From Octopus vulgaris (lineage: Eukaryota), in NCBI GenBank assembly GCA_951406725.2, contig OX597823.1:2108001-2172000 (forward strand): a DNA stretch of 64,000 nucleotides, given 5' to 3'. The position numbers and the translations under genes are program-made. The notes under the pieces are model-generated. The model was not told the DNA's origin. It saw only the letters and a program-made list of their open reading frames with translations, and ran no database searches. Below are positions 30,853-46,991 of this stretch, one piece after another; the stretch's first letter is position 1, and each line of letters begins with the position of its first letter.

Positions 30853-31403
30853 AGTTTTGTCTAGCGAATGTTTTAAAAAAAGATGGGTGAATGTAGCAAG
30901 GATGGCACGTATGAATGACGAAGCCACCTTGAGCATAATCCTATGAACCCAGACATTGAAAACAGAGGGTTACCCACTTGCAAACAAATGTGGTAACATA
31001 TAACAATATTGACCAAGGTTACCGTGGTCTTTTTTGTAGGCTTTTCTTCCCACGGATAAACCTTACTTGCTTTCCCCTTTACACCATATATCATAACACT
31101 GTGATACACGATCCCTATTGATCGTTCTTTTTTTTCCTCTTCCCCTTTTTTTCCCTTTTTTCTTCTTTTTTCATTTCTCTTTTCTTTTGTTCCTTTTCCT
31201 TTTCTTTTTCTTTTTTTTAATTCTTTTTATCTTTTTTTTTGTTCTTTTCTTCCCTTTTACGATCCCTCTTGATCGAAAACCTACGCCACCCCCTATTTTT
31301 TTCTTTTTCTTTTGTTTTTTGTTTTTTTCATCTCCCAAAAGAAAAAGCTCTACCTTGTAACTTGTCCCATCTGTGTGCAGCCCTGTGTAGCCAATAAAGA
31401 AAC
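30853..31403 (+). mobile_element. Tx1/L1-clade LINE 3' fragment
   Basis: Homologous to 33420-33877; follows (ATCT)n; ends aataaagaaac. Confidence 0.8.
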
Positions 31404-31422
31404 TTATAAATCTATATATATA

Positions 31423-31524
<102 letters not shown>

Positions 31525-31615
31525 GATAAATAGATAGATAGATAGATATATAGATAGATAGATAGACAGTGTGTGTGTGTATACATATACATATACAGAT
31601 ATATATTTCTGTATA

Positions 31616-31666
<51 letters not shown>

Positions 31667-31806
31667 GTATAAACACACATGTATATACACACCCACATAC
31701 GCATGTACATACATACAGTATTTTCAAATGCAACGTTTTGACAACGAATGGTGAAGACAATTGTTAGTACAAAATATATATGCTGTATAGAAATTGAATC
31801 CCTGTT

Positions 31807-31845
31807 TCGCGACTCGAGTTTCATGTCACATCGATCATCAGGCAA
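31807..31845 (-). ncRNA. Minimal type I hammerhead ribozyme
   Basis: ttgc CTGATGA tcgatgtgacat GAAA ctcgag TC gcga. Confidence 0.7.
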
Positions 31846-32899
31846 GAACTACTATTAATCAGCCTATTTCTTCTCTAGCGAACGGTATAGGCTTCTTTTT
31901 ATTTTCACCTCTTGATTTTATTGGTCAGTCTCTTGCACTTTTTTGTTTTGTGCTGCTGTCTCTAACTGTTGATTTCATTGGTTGGTTTCCAAATTTCATT
32001 TGTAGTTATTTTTATTTAATTTAGCTAGAGATATTTTTTCACCATTTTCGTTCACCATTCTATTGTCTGTATACTAATGACTCCGGCAGATCGTCAAGAC
32101 GGAGCGATTTCGCCCAGCGTGAAATGATTTTTATCCACGGTGAAGTTGATCAGGGTTCACTCGGGGTTGAGCACCACCATCGCCATTACTGCTACAACCA
32201 CGACGACGGCAACGATCACCACCACTACAACAGCATTTAACACCAGCATCATCACCATCACCATCCTCAGCGCCATTCTCAGTGCCACCATCAGCATCGG
32301 TATTGGCAGCATCACCAACTACATCAGTACCGCTACCTTCACTGCCACCACCCACCACCACCACCACCACCACCACCACCACCACCACCATCATCATCAT
32401 CGCATTCATCATCTTCGTCGTTGTCATCTTCGTTATCGTCGTCGTGATCGTCATCAACGGCAGCAACATATATATTCACAGACTCCCACATAAAAGATGG
32501 CGTGGGTGAGTCGTTGAAAAACTTTGTATCACAATCAACTACTTTCAGCTAATCTCAAACACAGAATATTTGCCTCGCTTTTCAACAATTTTTATAATTA
32601 AATAGGGACACAAATAACTCCACTCGCTCCCACACACAACAACAACAATAGTTTCCTTTCGCATCCAATAACTTGACACAAAACGACAGCCGCACGCTTT
32701 CATTACTCGCAGTTTCAGTTCAGACAATATTATCGACCTATCGATCTATATCCAATCTGTTTGTCTACTGACGTGACTCTCTATCAATTTGTTTATCCAT
32801 CTTTCTATTTATCTGTTTATAAATGATTAAATGGGTAAAACTACGTCCTTAGATATACACATCACCATTGATTTCATATGTATGGATGTATGTATGTCG

Positions 32900-33019
<120 letters not shown>

Positions 33020-33043
33020 GTCTGTTTATCTATCTATCTATCT

Positions 33044-33877
33044 ACGTTCGGGATAAGCTCTATAGGCATGGCTCGAGAAACACGGGGCCGACCTGCCCGA
33101 GATGCGGGCAGAGCGACGAAACCGCTCTGCACGCAATCGTGCAGTGTCCAGCAATTTCCGACCTGTGGGCTTATGTCGAACGACTGCTGTCACGTGTGGG
33201 ACGTGTCGGTTTATCAGCCGAGTCTATCGTTAATATCGTCACGCCTCCTTCCTTCAAACGGGAAGGAAGAGCTATTTTTATCATACTTGTGGCTATGGCG
33301 AAAGAATGTATCTGGTGGACGCGCCTGAAAGGATTAGAGACAAACACTTTCCTCTCTGGTCAATCTCTCATCAACTTCTTCAAGTATCACTTGAAGAGGA
33401 AAGTGAGAGTAGAGAGGCAAGTTTTGTCTAGTGAATGTTTTAAAAAAAGATGGGTGAATGTAGCAAGGATGGCACGTATGAATGACGAAGCCACCTTGAC
33501 TATGATTCTATGAACCATAAAAATTAATACAGAGAGTTGCTTATTTGCAAAAAAAAAAAAGAAATATAACATGTGACTTCATTGACCGAGGTTACCGTGG
33601 TCTTTTCCGTAGGCTTTTCTTTCCACGGGTAAACCTCACCTGTCCTCCCCTTTACACTTCATATTGACATTTCTGTGATAACGATCCCTATTGATCTTTT
33701 TTTTCCTCTCCCCCTTTTTTTACCCCCCCATTTTTTTGTCCTCTTTCTCTCCTTTTACGATCCCTTTTGATCGAAACTCCCCCTCCTTTTTTTTTTTTTT
33801 TTTTTACCTTCAAAAGAAAAGCTCTACCTTGTAATTTGTTCTATCTGTGTGCAGCCCTGTGTGGCTAATAAAGAAAC
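33044..33877 (+). mobile_element. Tx1/L1-clade LINE 3' end (zf-RVT) inserted in (TATC)n
   Basis: [31 protein letters not shown]; T-rich 3' UTR with AATAAA; TATC repeats on both sides. Confidence 0.85.
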
Positions 33878-33896
33878 ATATCTATCTATCTATCTG

Positions 33897-33943
<47 letters not shown>

Positions 33944-34004
33944 GTCTGTCTGTCTATATATATATTTCCCTCCACTATTTCCTTATGTTTAACCATCTCA
34001 CATT

Positions 34005-34052
34005 GTCCCTGATGAAGGGATATCCCTAATATCCCAGAAACAGCTGTAAGAC
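34005..34052 (+). ncRNA. Type I hammerhead ribozyme in repeat 33965-34120
   Basis: gtcc CTGATGA a gggatat cccta atatccc a GAAA cagctg TA agac; paralog at 50830. Confidence 0.85.
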
Positions 34053-34130
34053 TAACTTTCTCTTTCTAAATGTCCAGTAAATTCCACACAGCCTTGGCTT
34101 TGTTGTCCCATTTTATTTAACATATATATG

Positions 34131-34177
<47 letters not shown>

Positions 34178-34280
34178 ACACACACACACACACATATATA
34201 TATGAAGAATAAGGAAATGGAGATAGTGAAGTTAACAAGAGTTTGTAATCAACAAAAAGCGATCATATATATATGTATGC

Positions 34281-34365
<85 letters not shown>

Positions 34366-34435
34366 ATTTCAACAATTGAGGGTAAAATTAATTAATTATT
34401 AATCAATTTCACCAAGTGTTCAGTATGCAAAGGGA

Positions 34436-34514
<79 letters not shown>

Positions 34515-34711
34515 GTGTGTGTATATATATATGTGTATATATATCTTTATATAGATAGATATAGATATATATTCATATATACATATATACATACATGTAT
34601 ATTTGTATATATATATATATATATATATATATTCTACCAATACCACTATCAACACTTACCTCTACCTTGGATTTTCTCTCCTTCTTTCTGTGTTTTTTTT
34701 CTCTCTGTGTA

Positions 34712-34749
34712 TCTTTCTGTTGAAGAGCGTAGGCTCGAAACGTTAAAGA
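34712..34749 (+). ncRNA. Minimal hammerhead-like motif, variant core CUGUUGA
   Basis: tcttt CTGTTGA a gagc gtag gctc GAAA cg TT aaaga. Confidence 0.5.
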
Positions 34750-35402
34750 CTTGTTTTATTTATATTTCCTGAGCGCCATACTAATACAATTGTTTGTTTG
34801 TTTTCCACCTGCCTTCGTCTTTTGTCTATTTTCATAAAGCTTCCCGTTATATATATATATATGCACACAATCAAATATGAAGGATATAAATTTAGAAGAA
34901 ATCAAAACGAAATTTGAAGAAAAAACTGAAGTTAGAATTTTCCTATACAATTCAAAAGCTGAAGAGACTTGTGATCCCGCCTTGTCTGTCTGTCTGTCTC
35001 TCTCTCACTCTCAATATATGTATATAAGTATGTGTGTATAAGTACATGTGTATGTGTTGTTCGCTGCGCAGTTAGTAATATCCATTCAATAAACATAGAA
35101 TGAAGTTTACCGACATAAAATTACTAATTCTTTCCGTCCTCCAATTGCCTTGTCTTGCTCCACTTCACCCGTTTTGCCTCCCTTTCTTCCTTTCTTCCCT
35201 CCAGACGCCTCCCCCGCTCCCTCCCCCACTCTCTTCCCGCCATTCTGATATTATCTCATTCACCGATGTCTACCAGACACACATAACTGCTATAGGCGTT
35301 GCTCTTTGGTCGATTTTATCGCATCAGAACAATTCGACAGACTCAGCCAACCACACGCCTTACTATGTGTTTACAGACACACGCACAATATGCATACACG
35401 CG

Positions 35403-35454
<52 letters not shown>

Positions 35455-35635
35455 CACACACACATTTATACATACGTATATACATACCTATATATATACA
35501 CACATGAATATATATATATATATATATTTAAATACACGTGATTGTTTTTTTTATATAAAACAGATTTTTATACTGGTGTGTGCATAACACATACACACGT
35601 ACATACATACGTACACGTTTATATGTATATAATTT

Positions 35636-35670
<35 letters not shown>

Positions 35671-35787
35671 TTGTGTATGTATGTGTGTATGTATGTATAC
35701 ATATATATGTATAGAGAGGGAGATAGACAGACAGAGATGTGTGCATATATTATATAATATATGTACACACACTCATGTATATATATA

Positions 35788-35818
<31 letters not shown>

Positions 35819-36003
35819 ATGTATGTGTGTGTATGTATGCATGTATGTATGTGTGTATGTGTGTATGTATGTATGTGTGTGTATGTATGTATGTATGTAT
35901 GTTTGTATGTATGTATGTATGTATGTGTGTGTGTGTGTATGTATGTATGTGTGTGTGTATGTATGTATGTATGTATGCATGCATGTATGTATGCATGTAT
36001 GTA

Positions 36004-36037
<34 letters not shown>

Positions 36038-36079
36038 CATGCATGTATGTATGTATGTATGTATGTATGTATGTGTGTA

Positions 36080-36112
<33 letters not shown>

Positions 36113-36746
36113 ATGCATGTATGTATGTATGTGTGTGTGTATGTATGTATGTATGTAGGTATGCATGTATGTATGTATGTATGTATGTGTGTATGTGTGT
36201 GTGTGTGTGTGTATGTGTGTATGTATGTATGTATGTATGTATGTATGTATGTATGTATGTGTGTGTGTGTGTGAATGTATGTATGTATGTATGTATGTAT
36301 ATGTGTATGTATGTATGTATGTATGCGTGTATGTATAAAGGCCTATATCTATACAAAATCTTGTATCGTTTATTATGATTGTTTCGTCATGGTCCTTGCC
36401 TTTCGTTTTATACATTTTTCCGTTCCCCTCATAACTCGTCCTTTTTACTGTCTGCTCTACAGAACTCGTCACTTCCACATTTCTTTTTCCCCTTCATATT
36501 CCCCCATTTATACTCAAGCGGCATTTTACACTTGGCTGCATCAGACCGAACAATTTTATAGAAAAGGTATCGAAATTGCGATGATTTTTGGTCGATAACT
36601 GATGGAGGCAACAGCGTATCTGCGTGCTTTCTGTGATCGTTCTTCTTTTCCGTATCTGCCATGTTTTTACTATATATATATATATATATATACATACATA
36701 CAAATATGTATGTATATATGTATGTATGTATGTATGTATATATATG

Positions 36747-36809
<63 letters not shown>

Positions 36810-36859
36810 CATACATACAAATATGTATGTATATATGTATGTATGTATGTATATATATG

Positions 36860-36905
<46 letters not shown>

Positions 36906-36907
<2 letters not shown>

Positions 36908-37106
36908 AAACGGAGTCTGGATAGATTCCTTCAAAGAATACCAGATAAGCCACCCATAATTGGATACAACTCACTCAACAAGAACTCACTACTTGAATGG
37001 ACCATAAACAAAACTTGACTTAAACAGGATTCGAATAATCCTATCAGGTGGTGCTATTAAGTTAGACATGGCCTGGACCAATCTTTGGTCGAAACATATC
37101 TAAGTT
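36906..37106 (+). mobile_element. Diverged CR1-like LINE 3' end
   Basis: Shares caggtggtgctattaagttagacatggcctgg..ctaagtt with 24503-24570. Confidence 0.75.
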
Positions 37107-37110
37107 TATA

Positions 37111-37178
<68 letters not shown>

Positions 37179-37387
37179 TATAAATAGATGTGTGTATTTT
37201 TCCCTTGTTAACAATCAACACGGAGAAAATAGATAAATAGTTACCAGGGTAGCAAAAAATCACACAAGTAAAAAGGTTGTAACTCCTTATTTTTAAAGGT
37301 AGAAACTTCGGGTTTACGTGGAATTTTTTATATAATATACAGATAAATAGATGGAGTTTAACGCAGGTGTAATTCAAATTCTTTTAC

Positions 37388-37472
37388 TTCCGACACACGT
37401 TTCGAAGATACCACTGATATTATTCCAAAGGAATAAAATGGTGTAAAACAATGTAATTTTCTCTTCAGGGAA
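37388..37472 (-). ncRNA. Type I hammerhead motif in repeat ~37190-37480
   Basis: ttcc CTGAAGA gaa..ttc GAAA cgtgtg TC ggaa; a truncated paralog at 45125-45360 has helix III catatg. Confidence 0.7.
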
Positions 37473-37807
37473 ATGAAGAAAAGAAACTCGTCAATAAGAC
37501 ATTTTAACAGAAAATGATGGATATGTATAGTGATTAAATGAACGCTATTAAGATTGTTTGAGAAAACGTTATATGATATAACGTGAGAGGTAGCCTATAG
37601 AAAGAGGAGGAATAAATTAAAGAAAAGCTAAATAAATGAGAAGTATATGACTATATGTATATCAAATAAGACTTTATAAACTAGGAAAATATATATTTTT
37701 TAGTTAATGTGAAATATAAAAAGAAAAATAATGCTTAAATTATATATAATGATAGAGATCACAATGTTTACATCGGTATGCACGCAGTCAAACAAGTAAA
37801 AGAATAA

Positions 37808-37876
<69 letters not shown>

Positions 37877-37927
37877 TGTATACCGGAGTAAGCACATAAA
37901 TGTGAAAAAAGAGTACTCAAATACCAG

Positions 37928-37968
<41 letters not shown>

Positions 37969-38216
37969 ATATATATATATTATATGTGTGTATGTATATA
38001 TATATATTTACATATGGTTATCCGTAATAATGAAGGGTGAAATTAATTAATTTGGAATAATTATCAATTACACCAAGTAGTCTTCGGCATGTAAAAGCCT
38101 CATTCGAGGAAAATTTAAGTAATACTAAGCAATAAAGGGTTTAGCAACGAATTGCCTTACCACAGACCGAATTTAGAAATAGCAGTCTATATATACATAT
38201 ATATATACATATGTAT

Positions 38217-38293
<77 letters not shown>

Positions 38294-38628
38294 TTTATAC
38301 ATATATTCTTAGTCGATTGTCGGATAGACTTAGGTACATATCTACACACAGAAATTTCCTCTTAAGATATAGGCCTATGTAAAGTTATTTAGTGGTCCTT
38401 TTACGAAGTCTCCCTTCCTCACACGACAGAGTTTGGCCAGGAGGAAAGCAACAACGAACATTAATTTATCTCTTACCATTAATGTGTTTAATTAAAAACA
38501 TTCATTTCGAAAAGTAAGTTAATTCTCCATTTTCAAAACGGATACATTAATGTTTTAATAATAATTCATGCTCGCTTTTTTCTTTCAATCAGTGCTCTTA
38601 GCATTAAGGTGGCCGCGAATTCCTTGTA

Positions 38629-38715
<87 letters not shown>

Positions 38716-38740
38716 TATATACATATATACATACATACAT

Positions 38741-38813
<73 letters not shown>

Positions 38814-39331
38814 CATACATACTTCATATACACTTCATTAATAAAACTGCAAAGACATCGCAAAAACTGTTTCACTTTCCCATTCGTTGGACACTTTTGA
38901 TCCAAAACTGTCCGACAAACGGAAACATAACAGATTTTGTGATGTTTTTTCAGCTTTATTAATAAAGCATATTACTTACTCTACCTTCGGTATTCGAGTA
39001 CTATATTTTCCATCTTGTTTCACATTTATGTGCTTAATCTGGTATATATATGGTGGCTGTCTATTCTTTATACAGAGTCTGACCACCTCTTGTATCTATA
39101 CCTTAGAACCATCATGGCGTCTAATGTGGCTTTTTAAACCAGACAATGTATATATATTGAGAGAGAGAGAGAAAGAGAGAGGAACACACGCACACACATA
39201 TCTATATGCGTATGCATATATACATATACATATATATATAAATATATATATATGTAAATATATATATATATGAATTTATACATACATGTATACAACATCT
39301 GTCTATATATATATATATATATATATATGTG

Positions 39332-39362
<31 letters not shown>

Positions 39363-39377
39363 GTATATATATGTATA

Positions 39378-39423
<46 letters not shown>

Positions 39424-39436
39424 ATATATATGTATA

Positions 39437-39508
<72 letters not shown>

Positions 39509-39555
39509 CGTATGTATATATATGTATGTATATATACAAACATGCATACATATAC

Positions 39556-39693
39556 GATGTGTTGTGAATTTATGGAAAGAAATCCCATAAAACTCGTCAA
39601 TTTAGTTAAAAATGGAGACCATCTTCTCTTCTCCATTTCAAACTAAATTGATGAGTTTTATGGGAATTCCTCTTCCTAAATTCACCACACATC
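39556..39693. repeat. Fold-back hairpin, ~138 nt
   Basis: Arms include cccataaaactcgtcaatttagtt / aactaaattgatgagttttatggg. Confidence 0.88.
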
Positions 39694-39840
39694 CTATACA
39701 AGTACTATTTTCATATCTGCAAATTTACGCCTTTAAAATACCAGCAAAATTTGAAGAATCAAGATTAGAAATGTCTTTTTGGAAACCTCCAAATTAAAGG
39801 ACGAATCTACATTCAACCTTTTTACACCTATATTACATAC

Positions 39841-39920
<80 letters not shown>

Positions 39921-40125
39921 CTGTATCGACCTGACCATTGGATATTTTATACCGCAGTTTCTTGCATTGTTTTAGCTTTCCACTGATGCCACCTCCGTCG
40001 GCTGTGCAGGCAGGCAGGCAGGTTAACATCACACCTGAACGGAACGCCAGTCCGTTTTAGGATTATCCATTTACAGCAGGCCAAGCACTTTCTCACACAC
40101 AGACACACACACATAATATATGTAT

Positions 40126-40156
<31 letters not shown>

Positions 40157-40249
40157 CATTATCCGTAACGAATGTTATTTCAGGGCGAATACTGTCGTGA
40201 CTGGTCTATCAACGGTTTATGCACTTTAACTATGATATATGTATCGATA

Positions 40250-40870
<621 letters not shown>

Positions 40871-41339
40871 ACACGTTTATGGCAGGTATATTTTTGTGCG
40901 ATTTCTAAAAAGTTTATAAATTCCTAATGGTTAATGAATAAAACATTGATCAATAAACGAATCACTCATTAATCTCATTTACTTATTTCTTTATTCAGAT
41001 CCAAATGTGAACATGTCTTCAATGCTTAACTCAACATTTTACTTTGCTTGTGAAGGTTTCATGTTCCAGAACCACAACACCACAAGACGAAAATGGCTCA
41101 GTTATAAAATCATGGAATACAAACACTTACATACATATTATTTTATTGTTTTATGTGTTCCAACCCAATGGCTGAGGTCATGCTGGAGCACCGCCAGTGT
41201 CATCACCCTTTCAGTACCCATTCTTACGTCATTGACTTTTGGTGAAGGGAAGAGTTCGATGCTGCGGGCTTCTTTAAATTGGTTTAGATTCATCTGGGAC
41301 CTTGGACAGCAGCAGGTTGGGACACACACACACACACAT

Positions 41340-41372
<33 letters not shown>

Positions 41373-41465
41373 CACACACACATGTATACACCCGCACATA
41401 TATTCAATCATGTGAAAGAACCCAAAACAACAAAGAGAAGCTTCTTCCTTATATTTTTCTTAAAG

Positions 41466-41783
41466 ACTCCGCCGGTTACGACGACGAGGGTCCCAGCTGA
41501 TACGATCAACGGAACAGCTTGCTCGTGAAATTAACGTGCAAATGGCTGAGCATTCCACAGACACGTGTACCCTTAACGTAGTTCTCGGGGATAATCAGCG
41601 TGACACAGAGAGTGACAAGGCTGACCCTTTGAAATACAAGTACAACTCATTTTTGCCAGCTGAGTGGACTGGAGCAACGTGAAATAAAGTGTCTTGCTCA
41701 AGGACACAACGCGTCGCCGGGAATCGAACTCACAACCTTACGATCATGAGCCGAATGCCCTAACCACTAAGCCACGCGCCCTC
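41466..41783 (-). mobile_element. tRNA-derived SINE, family S2b
   Basis: Head gagggcgcgtggcttagtggttaggg..gagttcgattccc, then tccttgagcaagacactt; related heads at ~7634, 15490-15620, 46740-46850 and 55470-55560. Confidence 0.82.
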
Positions 41784-41988
41784 ACTTATATTTTTACCCA
41801 AATTACCAAATACGAACCGCAACGAGCATTTTGCTCATCCCTTGGATTTTATCTGTGGTTTTCACTTGGAATTGATAGAAAATTACGAATAGAAAAGAAA
41901 ATGGTGGGAGGAATGGAAAAAGAATATAATAAAAATATGCCATACACTAATTTAGATTGCTTTCAATTAGACCGATGATATTTTGTTA

Positions 41989-42168
41989 ATTTTGTTGTAT
42001 CTGGGGAGAGTCATTCTTTTAGTAACTTATTAATTTAACACATTCACCGGACTCATTTCCACTCATTTAATTATTTATAAATAAGCAAATGAGTGGAAAT
42101 GAAACCGGAGAGTGTGCTAAATTAATAAAGCACTAAAAGGGAATGACTCTCACCAGACACAATAAAAT
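41989..42168. repeat. Fold-back hairpin, ~180 nt
   Basis: gagagtcattc/gaatgactctc and tcatttccactcattt/aaatgagtggaaatga. Confidence 0.9.
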
Positions 42169-42328
42169 ATGCTTCAATACACGAATTCACATAAAGAATC
42201 TTGCAAACCAAATACAAAAACGAATTTTGTAATTATTTGACGGAATGAAAAGAAAAAAAGTAAAATGCACAACAGCGACTAATATTCTAATATTCAGTAA
42301 TAATAAAAATAAAAAAAAAAAAAAAAAA

Positions 42329-42399
<71 letters not shown>

Positions 42400-43045
42400 T
42401 AATAATAATAACAACAACAACATTGATGATGATGATGATGATGATGATAATAATAATAATAACAATAATAATAATAATAATAATAATGATGATGGTGATG
42501 ATGATGACGATGATGATAACGATGATTTTAAATTTTGGCACGAGGCCAGCAATGTCGATGGAGAGAATAAAGAGATTATATCAACCCCAGTGCTCAACTG
42601 GTACTTATTTGATCAACTCCGAAAGGATGAAAGGCAAAGTCAACCACGGCAGAATTTTAACGCAGAACATAAAAACGGGGACACACACACACACACACAT
42701 GCACACACACACGCACACACACATGCACTTGCATATACGCATCATGTCCGATATGCTAACAATTTTGCCAATAACTGTAAAGGTACATAAATGATCAACC
42801 TGGGCCTAATTGCATGTGCGTACATATATAGATATATAGACAACTACATTCACACATGCGCATATATATATATATGCACACACACACATATACGACAGGC
42901 TTCTTTCAGTTTCCGTCTACCAAATCCTCTCCAAAGGCTTTGGTCGGCCTAGGGGCATAGTTGAAGACACTTGCCCAAGGTAACACGCAACTGGACTTAA
43001 CTCGGAACCGTGTGGCTAGGAAGCAAACACACATGCATGCATGCG

Positions 43046-43278
<233 letters not shown>

Positions 43279-43436
43279 TAGAAAAAGAGGTGCCTGGATC
43301 GTTAGGTAGATATATGAACTAAAATTTATAGTATTAAAAAAAAATTTTAAATAATAAATGAAACTGATTCGAACGACCGGTGAAGTCATTCTTTTTCTTT
43401 TTTCAAACATACCAAACTGTACCAAGGATCTCACAC

Positions 43437-43476
<40 letters not shown>

Positions 43477-43931
43477 ATATTTCGGAATGGTCATATTGCC
43501 AGTTTAGCCAATAAAAAATCTTGCACAACAAATATTTAAACGTATATATATATATATATATATACATATATATACATATGTGTGTGTATGCCTATATATA
43601 TATATGTATATATACATCTTTGCATATATACATGTATCCATATTTATATATGTATATATATATATACATATATTTATGAATATATATATGTATATACATA
43701 TATACATATATATATATAGAATAAAACTTAATATATAAAGAACGTGAAATTCACGAATTGACGAACACGGAAAACAGACAGCCATTCAGAGCCTTCATTT
43801 TTCAGTCAGAAACCGATTCAACGTGGCATATATATATATATATATATATGTATACATGTATACATATATATATGTATATATATGTATATATATGTTTATA
43901 TATATACATATATATATACATACACACACAC

Positions 43932-43998
<67 letters not shown>

Positions 43999-45030
43999 TA
44001 TATATATATATACATATATATGCATAGATCTTCGTTGTTTTTTAAATATATACCATATTATAACAGATCATTATTAATATATGGTAATAGCATACAGCTT
44101 TTAAAATCGCTTTTACATTTAAAAAATAAAGAATTTTAAAAAAGAAAAACCCACTATTAATACAATCATATTACATATAAACTTATTAATTTACGTATTC
44201 CTTGCCTGTGGGGTAATATGAGGATCGTTATTAAAACTATGTTCGTTTGTTTTTGTCGTATTATAATAATATTAATTTCTGCATTATAATATACACTTAA
44301 ATATATTAATTTCAAATTTTAGCACATGGCCAGTAATTTCGGGAAGGACATGAATCGATTCAGCGACCTCAGTAATCAAATGGTAGTTATCTTACAAATC
44401 TCGAGAAGGTGAAAAGCAAAGTCGACCCTCGGCGGAATTTGACGTAAACGAAATTCCGCCAAGCAGTTTACCCTGTGTGCTAAAGATTAAACCAGCTCGG
44501 CGCATTATAAGATATTGATTAAATATTATAAAGTATTAATTTCTTAGTGAGCAAGTTTTATTATATTACTATCTAAAAGGAGATACAATTCATTTATCGA
44601 ACCAAGATCACTACTTTTATATAGTTTAACAGTCTCGATTGTATGGCTATCGAAATTGACACTTGCATGATTTGAAACCGAAACTGCTGGGAAAGTAATA
44701 AAATACTGCGAAATATTCAGTCCTTTATCATAGAGCTTCCAACACTCCATTCACTCGTCTTCCATATTTCAGGATGACATCTACCGTTAAGTAAGGGTTA
44801 TATAATGTTCTATTCCCAAACCTATCCACTCGCCCCTTCTACACTCAATAAAGCGCAGACTAAAAGCTACAGTTGGTTTTCCTTAACTTTAGCAAACTCA
44901 AAGCACCTGGCTTATATATATTGCATCTCTAGTATATAATGTTAGTATATTTAGCAATATGGATTTCATCGCTTCACTAAAAGTGATCCAGCACATTATG
45001 GAAAGGAAAATGTGTGTGTATGTATGTATA

Positions 45031-45113
<83 letters not shown>

Positions 45114-45540
45114 GGATGAATGAATTATCCTTTGTTTACCGTTAACATGGAAAATTCAATAAACAGTTACAAGGGTAACAAAATTCACGCAAGTAACAAG
45201 GATGTAGCGACCTATTCAAAGGTAGAAACTCCGGGTTAATGTGCAGTAATTTGTATAGTATAAGTAAATAAATGGAGTTGAACGCAGATGTTATTCAAAT
45301 TCTTTTACTTTCGACATATGTTTCGAAGACAACATTGGTTTTATTCCAAAGGAATAAACATATGTAGTTATGTTATGTTCTGTTGGTAAAGTAGTAGTAT
45401 AAAGCTCGTCTACCTTCAGGTCTCACTCTGTGCTATTCACTTGCGGTATTATACCTGCTTCCAGGTTCGTGTTTGGCATATGTCGTGTGTGAATAGATAA
45501 TTGAAAAAATTGAAGTCAACAACAAGGGACATGATTATAC

Positions 45541-45728
45541 ATTTATTTTTTAATCACTACAATTATTTCCACGCAACGTAGTTCTCCAGGTGTGCAGATA
45601 CCTGATTATGTAAATTTTTTCCTGCGTTATGAGATATCATAATGCAGGGAAACAATTCCATAATCAAGTGCCTGCTCACCAGGAGAACTACATCACATGG
45701 AAACAATTGTAGTGATTAAAAAATAAAT
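45541..45728. repeat. Imperfect 188-nt palindrome
   Basis: 24-bp perfect outer arms atttattttttaatcactacaatt; pairing continues to a ~4-nt centre at ttatga-gata-tcataa. Confidence 0.93.
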
Positions 45729-45976
45729 CTATGTGTATGTTTGTATGTATGTATGTATGCATATATATAGGAGTGCACGTGTATATATGTGATTGTGTGT
45801 GCACTCGGCCATTAGAGGTTTTTTTTTTTGGGGGGGGTGGAATTTATAAACATTTAATGCATCTCTACACGCGTTTCCACAAATCTCTTAAGATCAGAGT
45901 CCATCTTCTTGGAATGATTACATTGTAATCCGCAATATCCGTGGGTATCGGGTTGATCATTTTCAGGGATTCCTTT

Positions 45977-46085
45977 CTTCAGGCGATATAACATTAATGG
46001 ATGTTTAACAGAGGGCGGCTTATCCCTTCTGACCAGTTCGAGGGTTGATCGAGTTAAACACGCATTGATGTCATATCGCCTGAAG
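45977..46085. repeat. 33-bp inverted repeat overlapping a decayed hammerhead (45946-45989, minus strand)
   Basis: cttcaggcgatataacattaatggatgtttaac / gttaaacacgcattgatgtcatatcgcctgaag. Confidence 0.8.
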
Positions 46086-46636
46086 CTTGCACAACATTTT
46101 TGCGAATGGTTTTAGGTGCTTTGTGTTGTTGAAGGCAGACATAAACACTCTCTCAGCTCTCTTGCATTTGCCTCAGTGGGGCATCGAGAATGCGACAGAT
46201 GGTGAAGAAACATGGTTTGCACCACCTGAATTTGGCTGGTAAATATTCTCAGTTGAGCAAATTGGAGCACGTAAAAGTGTCTTGCTGAAGAACGCAAAAC
46301 GCCGCCCGGTTCCGATCGTAAGCCCAATACCGTTCCTACTAGGCCACTCACCTTTGTATCTAAAACGTTATAACCCAGCAGAATTGTTGTTGTTGTTGTG
46401 TGTGATGCCCATTCGGTCAATCTGTGCTGTATTTCTGTAGTGTTTTCTTTTTCTTCCCTTACAATAATATTGTTATTGGTGTTAATTTGGACTTTATTAC
46501 AGCCACGTGCGCACGTGAAACATTTTCAAATGTAGTACTTCAGCACGATTGACAACTAGGTTGTTGAAGTTCAATACATTACATCTTGGTATTAGTTTGA
46601 CGCTCGTGAATGTAAGAAAGTCCTTTACGTATCGAG

Positions 46637-46697
<61 letters not shown>

Positions 46698-46872
46698 ATC
46701 TAAGGGAAAGGGTAAGGCTGATACAACTTGGCACCAGTGATGTTGCAACTCATTTCTAAAGCCGATTGAACTGGAGCAACGTGAAATAAAGTGTCTTGCT
46801 CAAGAACACAACATGCAGCTCAGTTCGAGAATCGAACTCATAACCTCACGATTGTCGGCCAACATATAGATT

Positions 46873-46906
<34 letters not shown>

Positions 46907-46943
46907 TAGGGAGATAGACAGACAGACAGACAGACTGACAGGC

Positions 46944-46991
<48 letters not shown>

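Noticed and set aside
32131-32509. His/Thr-rich ORFs
   Set aside because: Decayed (CAC/CAT)n trinucleotide region with no recognisable domain.
32545-32727. VMKACGCR resembling a TGF-beta C-terminus
   Set aside because: No stop after CGCR and no upstream cystine-knot cysteines in the frame; likely chance.
41700-41783. tRNA genes at SINE heads (also 27035-27110 and 56630-56708)
   Set aside because: A and B boxes are present but there is no complete cloverleaf, and they run into SINE bodies.
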